Below are positions 1-11,800 of a stretch of 64,000 nucleotides of DNA, piece by piece. Every line of letters starts with the position of its first letter. Position 1 is the first letter of the stretch. Under the pieces are notes generated by a model, which was not told the origin of the DNA, searched no databases, and saw only the letters and a list, made by a program, of their open reading frames with translations. Origin of the DNA: Macrostomum lignano (lineage: Eukaryota); the NCBI GenBank assembly GCA_002269645.1, contig NIVC01001342.1:62001-126000 (forward strand). Reading direction: 5' to 3'. Position numbers and translations under genes: made by a program.

Positions 1-1
1 G

Positions 2-1848
2 TCGCCTAGCAGCCTCGATCGCCAGTTGTCCGGTACGTGCTCGGCGAAGCTCCCAGTTTCCACCAAGGTGCCGAAAGAATCCGCAGCGACCAAGCCATCG
101 AGGCTGCTGCTTGTCGAGCAGTCGCCAGAGTCGCCTGCCGCGGTCGTCGATCCCGGCACGACGCCGGAAACGGCCGGCACGCCGAAGTCATCCAGAGTGC
201 TGGTTGAAGAATCCCCGGACACGGACGCCGTGACGATGCCGACAAAAGTCGCCGTTTGCACACCGACAGTGCTGGTGGAACAGTCGCCAGATGCGTCGGA
301 CAGCGCCGGCTCTTCGAAGGCGCCGGCGGATAAGTCCTTGGAGCTGTCTGTCGCAGAGTCCCCGGAAGTTGAAGTTCCAGTTCCGATCGAGCCGGAAGCA
401 GCAGTTCCGGCGCCAACCAAGCCAGAAGCCCCAGTTCCGGCGCCAACCAAACCGGAAGTGCCAGTCGCAGTGCCAATCGAACCGGAAGTGCCAGTTCCGG
501 CGCCAACCAAACCGGAAGCACCAGTTCCGGCGCCAACCAAGCCGGAAGCGCCAGTTCCGGCGCCAACCAAGCCGGAAGCGCCAGTTCCGGCGCCAACCAA
601 ACCGGAAGTGCCAGTTCCGGCGCCAACCAAACCGGAAGTGCCAGTCGCAGTACCAACCAGTGGTGCCCCGATGTTCAAGCTGCCCGAGTCGAGGCAGAAG
701 CCGGAAACCGCGGCGGCTCCATCGAAGCCGCCACAGGGCCTGGACTGGCCGGATGACAGCTTCGTGGTGAACTCCCAGCTGGCCAGGCTGTGCGACATCG
801 GCCTCACTGGCCAGCCCATCGTGCGTCAGCCGCCCGAGACCGCCGCCGACAACCCCGCCGACTGCAGCGACGCTGACGATCCCTGTGCCACCGAAGAGGG
901 CAGCTTCGTTGTGATGGATGCCAACGCCCAGGCGCTGAATGTCCTCGGCGACACCATCACTGAGTCCATGCTGGCCGCCATCGATGAGAACTCGGTTGTC
1001 AAGCGAGCCGCAGCCGACCGTCAGGGACCTCCGCAGCCGTCAACACCGGTGGTGGCCTCGTCGCCCTCCACGCCGCGGTCGATTCTGAAGGCATCGGCAT
1101 CCGCCGCCGCCAGCCCAGCCGCCCTGCTGCTGTCCCGCAAGCGACCGCTGGCCAACAACAGCGCCGACGCATCCGCTGACGGCGAGGTCGACGAGACCAG
1201 CGACGCCGAGATGGCCCCCACGCCCAGCCGGAAGCGGGTCCGGTTCGCCGACCTCAGCTTCCCGGATGTTGAGGACGCAGGCCTGGAAAAGGACGCCGAC
1301 AGCTCAGACGCTGCAGTTGGCGCGGCTCCATCGCTGACGCCCACGAAGCCGGCGCTGCCGTTCGCGGTGAAGCCGGTGACGTGCAGCGAGGCGGAGCTGT
1401 CGGCCTTCATGCGGGACACCCTCGCCGTCAAGGAGTTCGCCTTCGCCCTCGCTTTCGAGCCGCTGGACCCGACGGCCAATCGGGACGAGAACGGCCGGCC
1501 GAGGGTCATCCGGGCCGACGACGACCCGGAGCTGCGGCTCTCCTGGCCGGCCGGCCGCGTCCGCTGCGTCGGCGTCGCCCTCTGCCTGTCCGAGTCGACC
1601 GTCCACTACCTGGACCTCACCGGCCGCGCCGTGCCGCTGCGCCAGTGCCTGTCCCTGCTCAGGCGGAAGCTCGCGCTCGCCAAGAGCCTCGCCTGCTTTC
1701 ACTGCCGGCGGCAGTGGGCCGCCATGGCCAGGTGCCTCGGCTACCAGCTGGAGCCCGGCTGCCTTGTGGATCCCGGCGTGGCCGCCTGGATGCTGGACCC
1801 CGCCGGCAAGTCGCACGGCATCACCGCCGTTGTGAGTCCGAATCCTAA

Positions 1849-1891
<43 letters not shown>

Positions 1892-1912
1892 ATGTATGTC
1901 TGTCTGTATGTA

Positions 1913-1949
<37 letters not shown>

Positions 1950-1978
1950 TTCTTAGTGTCTGTCTGTCTGTCTGTCTG

Positions 1979-2015
<37 letters not shown>

Positions 2016-2078
2016 TTCTTAGTGTCTGTCTGTCTGTCTTTCTTAGTTTCTGTCTGTCTGTCTGTCTGTCTTTCTTAG

Positions 2079-2135
<57 letters not shown>

Positions 2136-4304
2136 TTGTGTCTGGCAGAATTCAATTTATTTTCTTTTCCCCGACCCCAGGCCAGCCGCTTCGCCCCAGG
2201 CGAGCTGCAGTACCTGGAAGCCACGCACCGTCGCCTGGGCGCCGTTGGTCGCCGCCGCGCCGTGGCCGAAGCTCACGCAGCGTTCGTGCTGACGCCCCGC
2301 CTGCTGGACGCCCTGGGCGCCGCCGGCCTGGCCGAGGCCTTCGCCCACCAGGAGATGCCGGCCTGCGTGCTGCTGGCCAAGGCGGAGCTCAACGGCTTCC
2401 GCATCAGCCCGGCCGAGCGGCAGCAGCTGGAGGCCCGCGTGCTCGGCCTGATGCGCTACCTGGAGGACCGAATCTGCGCCCTGGCCGGCCGCCGGGTGGC
2501 GCTCACCGACACCTCCGACCTGGCCGAGCTGCTCTTCCACCAGCTGCGCCTGCCTCGCTGCGACCTCGGCGACGCCCTCGGCCTGGGCCTCGACAGGCAG
2601 CAGCAGCAGCAGCAGGGCTCCCGCCACCAGCGGCACCGCCGGCACCCCGCCACCGACCGGGATGCGCTGGAGAAGCTACGCGACCTTCACCAGATTCCCG
2701 GCCTCATCATCGACTGGCGCCGGCTGCAGTGCGCGCTCACCCGCAGCCTGCAGCCGATTCGAATGGCCACCTGCTCAGTTGGCGAGGCGCTGAAGGTCTA
2801 CTGCGAGTACGACACCTGCACAGTGACTGGCCGGGTTGTCACCGGCCTTCCAAACCTGCAGGCGGTGCCAAAGTCTTTCACTGTTCACGTTGGACCCGAT
2901 TATGTACCCCCGAGCCGATGGGACTCAATTCCAGCTTTGGGGAAATGTATCAAGTGACCGGAAGTGCCGCTCAATCAACAGGAAGTGCCATCCAATCAAC
3001 CGGAAGTGCCGCTCCATCAACCGGAAGTGTCGCCCAATCAACCGGAAGTGCCGCTCCATCAACCGGAAGTGCCATATTTCAGCTGACCGGAAGCGCCAAT
3101 CGCCCCAGCATCCCCCAGGAAGTGAGCGTCCGTCGAATGCTGATCCCGGCAGACGGCTGCGTGCTGTTGTCAGCTGACTACTGCCAGGCGGAGTTGCGCA
3201 TCGCCGCCCACCTGTCCGCCGAGCCGCGCCTGCTGGACGCGCTGGCTCGCCCCGGGGCGGACATCTTCCGACAGCTGACCGCACAGTGGAAGGGCAAGCT
3301 GGAAGATCACGTGACCGAGGAGGAGCGGGGCCACACGAAGGCGCTGTGCTACGGCCTGCTATACGGCATGACCCCCGTGGGCCTGGCCGAGCGGCTGGGC
3401 ATCGACGAGGCCAAGGCGACCACCTTTCAGCGCTCCTTCCTGCTGCAGTTCCGAGGCCTGCAGCGCTGGATTGACAGCCTGGTGGCCAAGGTGCGCGAGA
3501 CCGGCTGGGTGTCCACCATCAGCGGCAAGAGGCGCCGGCTGCCCGCCATTTCGCACAAGGCGCCGAGCGCCAGAGCTCAGGTGAAGCGGCTGGCTGTTGA
3601 ACTTTGTGCTGGACCTTCTGGTGTTAAATTCAGCGCTACTTGTTGGCCAGTGTCAATCACTGCCTTTTGTACAGCACCTGTCAAGCCAAAGACCATTGAT
3701 CATACTTGTCAGTCAATCAGCCTGTCCATCACTACCTGTCAATCACTGCCTGTCGATCACTACCTGTCAATCACTACCTGTAAATCACTACATGTCAATT
3801 ACTACATGTTAATCACTACCTGTCAATCACTACCTGTCAATCACTACCTATCAATCACTACCTGTTAATCACCTGTCAATCACTACCTTTCAATCACTAC
3901 CTGTCAATCACCTGTCAATCACTACCTGTCAATCACCTGGCAATCTCTACCTGTCAATCACCTGTCAATCACTATCAATTCAGGCGGAGCGGCAGGCGGT
4001 GAACACGGCGGTGCAGGGCAGCGCGGCGGACATCATGAAGCAGGCCATGGCGGCCATCGACCGCGAGATGACGGCCCAGCGCAGGTGCTGCGGCCTGACG
4101 CCCCACTCTGACTGTCGCGGCGCCCACCTGCTGCTGCAAATGCACGACGAGCTGGTGTTTGAGGTGCCCGCCGCCGCCCTGACCGACTGCGCCCGCCTCG
4201 TCAGGCGCTGCATGGAGTCGGCGGCGCCGCAGCTGACGGTGCCGATGCCGGTGAAGCTGCGGACGGGCCCGAACTGGGCGGACCTGCAGGAGCTGCAGCT
4301 GTGA
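2..4304 (+). CDS. POLQ: DNA polymerase theta, C-terminal part (central region, exonuclease-like and family A polymerase domains); 5' end lies outside the window
   Basis: Exons <2-1831, 2181-~2903 (donor uncertain), 3119-3580, 3984-4304, joined in phase 0 at GT-AG sites. Motif [10 protein letters not shown], motif [28 protein letters not shown], motif [10 protein letters not shown]. The CYG-x-x-YG motif B fits POLQ better than POLN. Confidence 0.9.
1848..2140. repeat. (TCTG)n microsatellite in POLQ intron
   Basis: Direct reading; explains the SVCL/LSVC ORFs. Confidence 0.97.
2955..3075. repeat. 21-bp minisatellite (accggaagtgccgctccatca-like) in POLQ intron
   Basis: About 5 imperfect copies. 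Confidence 0.85.
3720..3980. repeat. Degenerate acctgtcaatcact tandem repeat in last POLQ intron
   Basis: Direct reading. Confidence 0.85.
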
Positions 4305-4930
4305 GCCGCTGCTGTCAGCAACTTCAATTATCTCTGCTTTCCACTGACAAACATGCGGCACGATTCAGTATTCGCTTCCTACTACTGGCTGCTACAGCTG
4401 TGTAAGTAGTCTGATTGGCGTCTGCAATGCGACAATGTACATGCGCTGTCAAAATAGGATTAAAAATGATTTTGCATTCTTTGCACTCTGATCTTGTTTC
4501 CTCTCTGATTTATTTTTTATTGTATGCAAAATTTGCACAATACGCAATTAAATTTTAATCGATTCTTTATTTATTTATTTGCTGTTTTTTTAATTCAAAT
4601 TTTACTACTAGTATTAGTAGTATGCATGCGTGGGTGCAATCTGATGCAGGTAGTGAGTGATACAAGTGTCAAATTCAAGTTGATATATCAGCACTATCCA
4701 ATGCTGACAAGCTATTTGATAGATGAATAGCTGATATCTTCTGTGAGCAGCATGATCCAGGCATACCGCAGTCTATGAGTAGTATATGACGGTGCCGTTA
4801 GTTTTCATCACAAATGCATTTTGACCGCGGTGCTCCATTTTCCGTAATCATCTCCAGCCAGCTGCTTGTCTCGAGCTGGGCCTACGAGTATCTTTTTACG
4901 CTTAAGCATTTTCTGTTGACCTTGATGCGT

Positions 4931-4947
4931 CTCTGTCTGTCTGTCTG

Positions 4948-5002
<55 letters not shown>

Positions 5003-5006
5003 GCCC

Positions 5007-5038
<32 letters not shown>

Positions 5039-5089
5039 GTCTGTCTGTCTGTCTGTCTGTCTGTGTCTGTCTGTCTGTCTGTCTGTCTG

Positions 5090-5126
<37 letters not shown>

Positions 5127-5145
5127 ATCAGTCTGTCTGTCTGAG
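4931..5145. repeat. (TCTG)n microsatellite flanked by ~37-bp imperfect direct repeats
   Basis: ttacgcttaagcattttctgttgacc before and ttacacttgagcatttcctgttaacc after the array. Confidence 0.9.
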
Positions 5146-6407
5146 GCCACGCACTAGCGCAAACATTTACACTTGAGCATTTCCTGTTAACCCTGACGCG
5201 CACGCCGCACTTTGGCCGCCTTCTCCTTCTGGTGGCAGCTGCAATAATTTATAAATAAACAGCTCTTTCTCCCGCTAATCTGTGCTTTTGCAATTCAGAA
5301 ATTTTGCATTGGTTGTTGACAATTTTTAGCATTTTTGTTTTTAAAACGATGGCGTTTGGGATTTGCGCACAAAAACGCACGCACGAAAGGCTGCTAGCGT
5401 TCAGGTCCAGTAGCTTAGCTTGTGGAGCAGCAGTGCGCAAAATGAAGTCGAATTTCGAATCTATTGAAGTATTTGACAGCCAGTATGTTCTCCGCAGGTC
5501 TATTTAATTTAAAAAAACGATTACCTAATTTACAAAAAATTCATATAATTCGCTTGTCAAGCATGGAGCTATTTGATCGTCTGCCTTCAATATGGGGGTG
5601 CAATTTTGCTCCGAGAAGCACCGTTCGCACCGATTGGCTACTGAAGATTCCTTAAGTTGTCTTAGGAAGTTGTCTGTGGTAAAGCCGTTGCAAACTGCAG
5701 TGCTGATTCATGGTAAACCATTGGAAGCTGTCAATTGAGTCCATAGCTGGTAATTTCTCAATCATGCAGCTGGAATCTGTTCGGCCGAATCGTGCACAAC
5801 TTCAGTTCATCCTGTCAAAGATGCACAGACTGGTTATTAGGCTCGGCAAAGCTGAAACAGATCGAGGATTTGCGCCGGCATCAAACAAGTACTTTGTGTG
5901 AGCTCCTTTTAAGAGTCAAGATTCTCGTACTTTGGCACAGGGTAGCGAAGCTCCTGGTGAGAGCTGGAAAATATCGGCACGGGTGCGGTTCCGCAGTTCG
6001 AATGGGCCGATAATCCAGTCCTGCAGCGTTCTCACCGATACTTATTGATCTACGAGTGCTACGTAAAGTACATCAGAGTCTGTCATAAATACAAACAATA
6101 CAAACAATACAATACAATACAAACAATAAATACAATAGAACCAGTAAAAATCAGAGAAAAACGGCTCTTGAAAATGATTTTGAAGTGCTAATTCTCTTCA
6201 CACATTCCCTGCCTCATTTTTATTCAAAATTGCAAAATTTCACCCCCCCCAAATTAAAGGCACACAAGCAATCCATGGTTTTATTCATCCATTATTAGAA
6301 TCTGACTTACATGGCCGCTCCTCTGCCGCAGCAGCAGCAAGTGTCTGTGGACCGAACCCCATGCAGTGTTTTTGAGGCCTCGGAGACGGCCGCTAAATAC
6401 ATTAGCC

Positions 6408-6740
6408 AATGGATAAATAATCAGCGGTCCCAGTTGTTGTTGTCACGTGCTGCGACCGCTGATTCTTGGCATTGTTTAGCAATTTGACGATCATTATTTG
6501 CATTTTTTATGCAGAGCAATACATTGCTACAAACAATGCATTGTTTTTAGGATCGTCAAACAGAAAAACAATGCAAAGAATCAGCGGTCGCAGCACGTGA
6601 CAACGATTTGTCTATGGCTCGCGCCGTTATTTATCCATTGTTATGCTGCTTGAGACTGCAAACAATGCAATGTTTGTAGTAATTATGTATTTTTCTGCCT
6701 AAAAATGTGAATAATGATCGTCAAATTGCTAGACAATGCA
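6408..6740. repeat. Nested inverted repeats (foldback/MITE-like)
   Basis: caatggataaataa vs ttatttatccattg; gttgtcacgtgctgcgaccgctgattct vs agaatcagcggtcgcagcacgtgacaac; cattgtttagcaatttgacgatcattatt vs aataatgatcgtcaaattgctagacaatg. Confidence 0.7.
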
Positions 6741-6849
6741 GCTGGAGTGATAAATCAAGGAATATAGAATTTGTGGTCTGAACTACGCATAAGCGGAAAA
6801 TATTATTCTGTAGTCGGCTTGTTAGTGCCGGGCACAACCGCGTCTGGGG

Positions 6850-7118
6850 GCGGGACGCTTTCATGAGACCTAAATTTCACAACGCCTAAAACCACCACAC
6901 TTCACAACGCCTAAATTTCAAAATTCCTAAAATCTTTGCTTTTCTCCTTCACATTCAGTTTTAGGTGTGAAATTTAGGCGATATGAAATTTAGGCGTTGT
7001 GAAGGGAGCTGCATTTTCCATTTTAGGCGTTATGAAATTTAGGCGTTATGAAATTTAGGTGATGTGAAGTCATGTGCTTTAGGCGTTGTGAAATTTAGGT
7101 CTTATGAAGCGCCCCCTG
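6850..7118. mobile_element. MITE-like element with ~40-bp terminal inverted repeats and internal aaatttaggcg repeats
   Basis: Left ctttcatgagacctaaatttcacaacgcctaaa; right tttaggcgttgtgaaatttaggtcttatgaag. Confidence 0.65.
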
Positions 7119-8816
7119 GGGCAGGGTGTTGTTTGATTACCTCGTGAATTTTGGGAGTGAGTGCACCAACCCCGCTTTAGCCCAAGGCCAACGAGGCGGG
7201 CCGCCCAGCGGCCAATTGCACTCTTATTGTCATGCGACAGTGAGGTGGGCCATGGGTTCCAGAGGTTTACACGTGTGTGTGCACTTTGCTAAACTCTAAT
7301 TGCAGTCTGAAACAGCTGAGTAGTACGAGCTATGAAGATGTAATATTGTGAGCCATACCCTGCTTCGCAGGCGTTCAGCTCATTCACTTGGCGTTCACCA
7401 ATATTATATCTTCATAGTACTAGAAAAATAGTTAAAAATATCTATGCAAATAGAAGTGGAAAAAACTTTAGATTCCAAATATGCGTCAGTGCGTCAGCTG
7501 GGCGATTGGGCACCCCTTCAAGCGTAAGTGGCGGAAACCAAACTTTTTTACTTTTTATACCTTTTATATAAAACTCTAAATTCCAATCATACTCGAATAT
7601 ATAGGACTTTGATACTCGTCTCTGACTCATGACGCATGACGCAAAAAAAGCTTAAATTCCAATCATTAAATAAAGGTGCTTTTCGATGTATCGGACATTG
7701 TCAGGGTAGAAAAATCACTTAAAATGGCAACAAATGTCGGACACGTTTTCAGTTGTATCAAAACAAGTAAAAGAATAATATTGAATGGTGTAATCGATGA
7801 GGTATGCATAAAGTGTTGAGACATATAGTACTACTATATGAGTATTGTTATTTCTCAAAAAATGTAAAAAAAAGTGCCCTAGACTCGTACATTTTCAATA
7901 CTAACTATAAAAAAATTCACAACCCCCATGACCTCAGAAAATTACTTAGGCGGGACACACTTTCGTTGTTTTTGACACCCTTGAGAATATTTGCTATCAG
8001 CTTCCACAAGTTAAACAGCATATTTGGAATAACAATTGAAGAGGTCTCTATAAAAAATCGAGACAATTCAGAAATCAAAATGTACCCCCCAGAAAATAAA
8101 GAAATTTATGACTTAAAAATAAATTGGGGAGTTATATGTGCAAATATGTGGATTGGGAAGAGAGAATCGTAAATAGTTCAGAATTTGAGACTGATGCTAA
8201 CTCTGTTGAGAGTAGTGGAGAGGATGACCCAGTCTGTTCATAGTACGATTGAAAAATGTGCTGCTAGCAAATTTCACATTTTTCTTGCTAAAAATGACCT
8301 TTTACAAAAAAACCCTCATCAGCATAACTGCACGCGCGTATCCTTCATTGTTCACAAAAGGCGAACTTGCTTTATCCAACGTCCCACAGTACTCAAAATC
8401 TCTTACATAGTGTATATAATACGAGTATGAGCAACAGGATCTCTCTGAGAGAAAAATCTGCCCCCCCCCTCTGTACATTCACCCTCATTCCTCTACTATT
8501 GCACAGTTTTACCAGCCGAATGCGTGTCCAGTAAAGAGAAGTGGGTGCTGAGTCAGCCGCGTTCAAGTGGCTTGCCATATAAAGGGCTTTTCCTCCAGAT
8601 CTATTTGAACAGTGAAGTGCTTGCGCGGGAGAGAGTTCTCTGAGCAGTGCAGTGCAGGAGAGAGGCTTCTGTTTTGTTCCGGAGAAAAATAAAGCATATT
8701 GCAGTTTGACTGTTTTGACCCAAGCAACGCCTGTTGTGTCTTGAACGCTAAAGACGCACCATTCGGTGGCATTAAATAGCACGGAAAGTCCTTCCGGTAC
8801 AGGAGCCGCACGAGTT

Positions 8817-11800
8817 ATGGCTGCACCACAAACTGGTGAGCCTACTTCAGTAAATGTGTCGGTTGGCAGTGCATTCTATTGCAACACTGTCCTTGTGTTA
8901 TAAATGTAGTACAAAATTAGAATCAGGGCAGAGACTCCATCCGAAAACTAGGCTAGTGTGCCTTTGGAGACGAAGAGCTTGATGATGGCTTTCATTAGCA
9001 GCTGTCATCAGCATGGAGACATACAGTATGCCGAGGGGCTTGATGATGGCTTCATTAGCAGCTGTCATCAGCATGGAGACATACAGTATGCCGAGGAGCT
9101 TGATGATGGCTTCATTAGCAGCTGTCATCAGCATGGAGACATACAGTATGCCGAGGGGCTTGATGATGGCTTCATTAGCAGCTGTCATCAGCATGGAGAC
9201 ATACAGTATGCCGAGGGGCTTGATGATGGCTTCATTAGCAGCTGTCATCAGCATGGAGACATACAGTATGCCGAGGGGCTTGATGATGGCTTCATTAGCA
9301 GCTGTCATCAGCATGGAGACATACAGTATGCCGAGGGGCTTGATGATGGCTTCATTAGCAGCTGTCATCAGCATGGAGACATACAGTATGCCGAGGAGCT
9401 TGATGATGGCTTCATTAGCAGCTGTCATCAGCATGGAGACATACAGTATGCCGAGGGGCTTGATGATGGCTTCATTAGCAGCTGTCATCAGCATGGAGAC
9501 ATACAGTATGCCGAGGAGCTTGATGATGGCTTCATTAGCAGCTGTCATCAGCATGGAGACATACAGTATGCCGAGGGGCTTGATGATGGCTTCATTAGCA
9601 GCTGTCATCAGCATGGAGACATACAGTATGCCGAGGAGCTTGATGATGGCTTCATTAGCAGCTGTCATCAGCATGGAGACATACAGTATGCCGAGGAGCT
9701 TGATGATGGCTTCATTAGCAGCTGTCATCAGCATGGAGACATACAGTATGCCGAGGAGCTTGATGATGGCTTCATTAGCAGCTGTCATCAGCATGGAGAC
9801 ATACAGTATGCCGAGGGGCTTGATGATGGCTTCATTAGCAGCTGTCATCAGCATGGAGACATACAGTATGCCGAGGAGCTTGATGATGGCTTCATTAGCA
9901 GCTGTCATCAGCATGGAGACATACAGTATGCCGAGGAGCTTGATGATGGCTTCATTAGCAGCTGTCATCAGCATGGAGACATACAGTATGCCGAGGAGCT
10001 TGATGATGGCTTCATTAGCAGCTGTCATCAGCATGGAGACATACAGTATGCCGAGGGGCTTGATGATGGCTTCATTAGCAGCTGTCATCAGCATGGAGAC
10101 ATACAGTATGCCGAGGGGCTTGATGATGGCTTCATTAGCAGCTGTCATCAGCATGGAGACATACAGTATGCCGAGGGGCTCCGTGCGCTTCAACCCATCT
10201 CTCTATTAGCCAGTCCTGGCCTCTATCCAATTCTAACCAATTCAACAATCTGATTTGCAGTTGATGCTGATATATTAACGGGTGTCAGCCAAGGCGACTC
10301 AACTGCCACAGGTGAGCATGTGCTTGCATGATTGGGCGATGGTGTTTTGTAAAAAAGAAAATCGATTATGCTAATTTAGCGCTGGTGCACCTGCGGCTGT
10401 AATTTGGTCTCGATGAAAATATACAACAGCTGAAACCGAATATTCTAAAACTCAACACTACAGTTATGAATAGGAGAGTATAGTATGATGCAGTTATGGT
10501 ATTTTTAATTTTCCTATGTACATGTACGAGTACTATAAAGTATAACCATCTAGGAACTGAATCTTTATCATGTAGCTATTGTTTCGAACATTCTGGTTCC
10601 AAATGATGCATGCGATCTTGCAGAAGATGCTTATTTTATTGCAGGTGAGACCGATCCGCCATCGATTCCACAGAGCTCGCCTCCTAAAGATAGCGGAGTC
10701 ACTCCACAAAAGGACCAAGGTGAGCATGAATTACTTTGACTTAATGAGTAGCAGTGAACTCAGCTGTCAGGTATTATTCATTATCACAAGTAGTCTGTCG
10801 ACCTTACTCTGGATTTAGTTGAAGCTCTTTAAATGCTTTTTACACACGCAGCCTCACCGACTCTCACTGAATAGCTAAAGCCTCAAATAGCGTCTTCTGT
10901 TTTGTAATATGCCATCAGGGACTGTGTTGCATTACCATTGCGCATTGTCATTGGCTAGTTAGAATGGGACAAGAAACTCGATTTTGGTTCGGAAGAATGT
11001 GGCGAAAAAGCTTTTTCTAAGTAAGCTCCGTATTTGTGTGGGCGTCTGCTGTGTATTTGTTCGCGTGAATTTTATGGCCATGGAAAGAAAGCTCAGCTTT
11101 CTTGACGGCCAAACGCGCTGACGGCCGCATTGCTTGGCATTTTTCCTGGCATGCCAGCAATCTGGGGATCCGCAGACTGCATTGGCTTCTCAGAGCCTAA
11201 GATATTTCTTCATCGCTACCGTATATTGCTTTGCAGTTGCTCCTCTCTCTCTCTCTCTCTCTCTTTATCTCTCTCTCTCTCTCTCTCTCTCATGCACGCC
11301 TCAAACCTAATCTGGCCTCTATGTGTACGGCTGGGGGTAGCTGAGAGTGCCGGTGCACGAGCGCTGCACCAATCGCAGACCGCAGGCCGCCACAATAGGG
11401 ATATTTTTATCCAAATTCAATCGAGGCTTAACTTCCCAGACTTTGTGTCGAGAGCATATTCATGAGGCCAGGCCAGTCCGCACTGCCATCAAACGGGTAA
11501 ATCAGTGTGCATTGTACATTGATCTATGTAGAGTACATCAGTCATGTAATCACACACATTTTTTACTCGTTGATAGCGGTGTGGACGAGCCTTTTTTGAG
11601 CAGAAAGGAGATAATCAATATTTTCCAACCTGTGAAATGTAAATTATTAATTTTTTCATTAGCTCATGGCAAGCAACCAACAATAAATAGTGAAGGAACA
11701 ACGTATTACCCATCTTAACCTATAGCGCTGCAGTGATGTACCTGCGAGAATGGAATTGCAAGCGCGAGATAAAAAACATAATTGGAAATTTTTGCTTCGG

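Noticed and set aside
26-3868. 1280-aa ORF as a single protein
   Set aside because: It reads through introns (SVCL microsatellite, QSTGS repeat) and leaves the POLQ frame between 2181 and 3118; the spliced model restores the polymerase motifs.
3984-4304. DNA polymerase nu or bacterial PolA
   Set aside because: Motif B ([10 protein letters not shown]), the [11 protein letters not shown] string and the long N-terminal region fit POLQ; introns exclude a bacterial gene.
8980-10180. CRISPR array or repeat protein (431-aa ORFs on both strands)
   Set aside because: No unique spacers, no cas genes, eukaryotic context. Frames are open only because the unit is 60 bp, and the array lies in an inferred intron.
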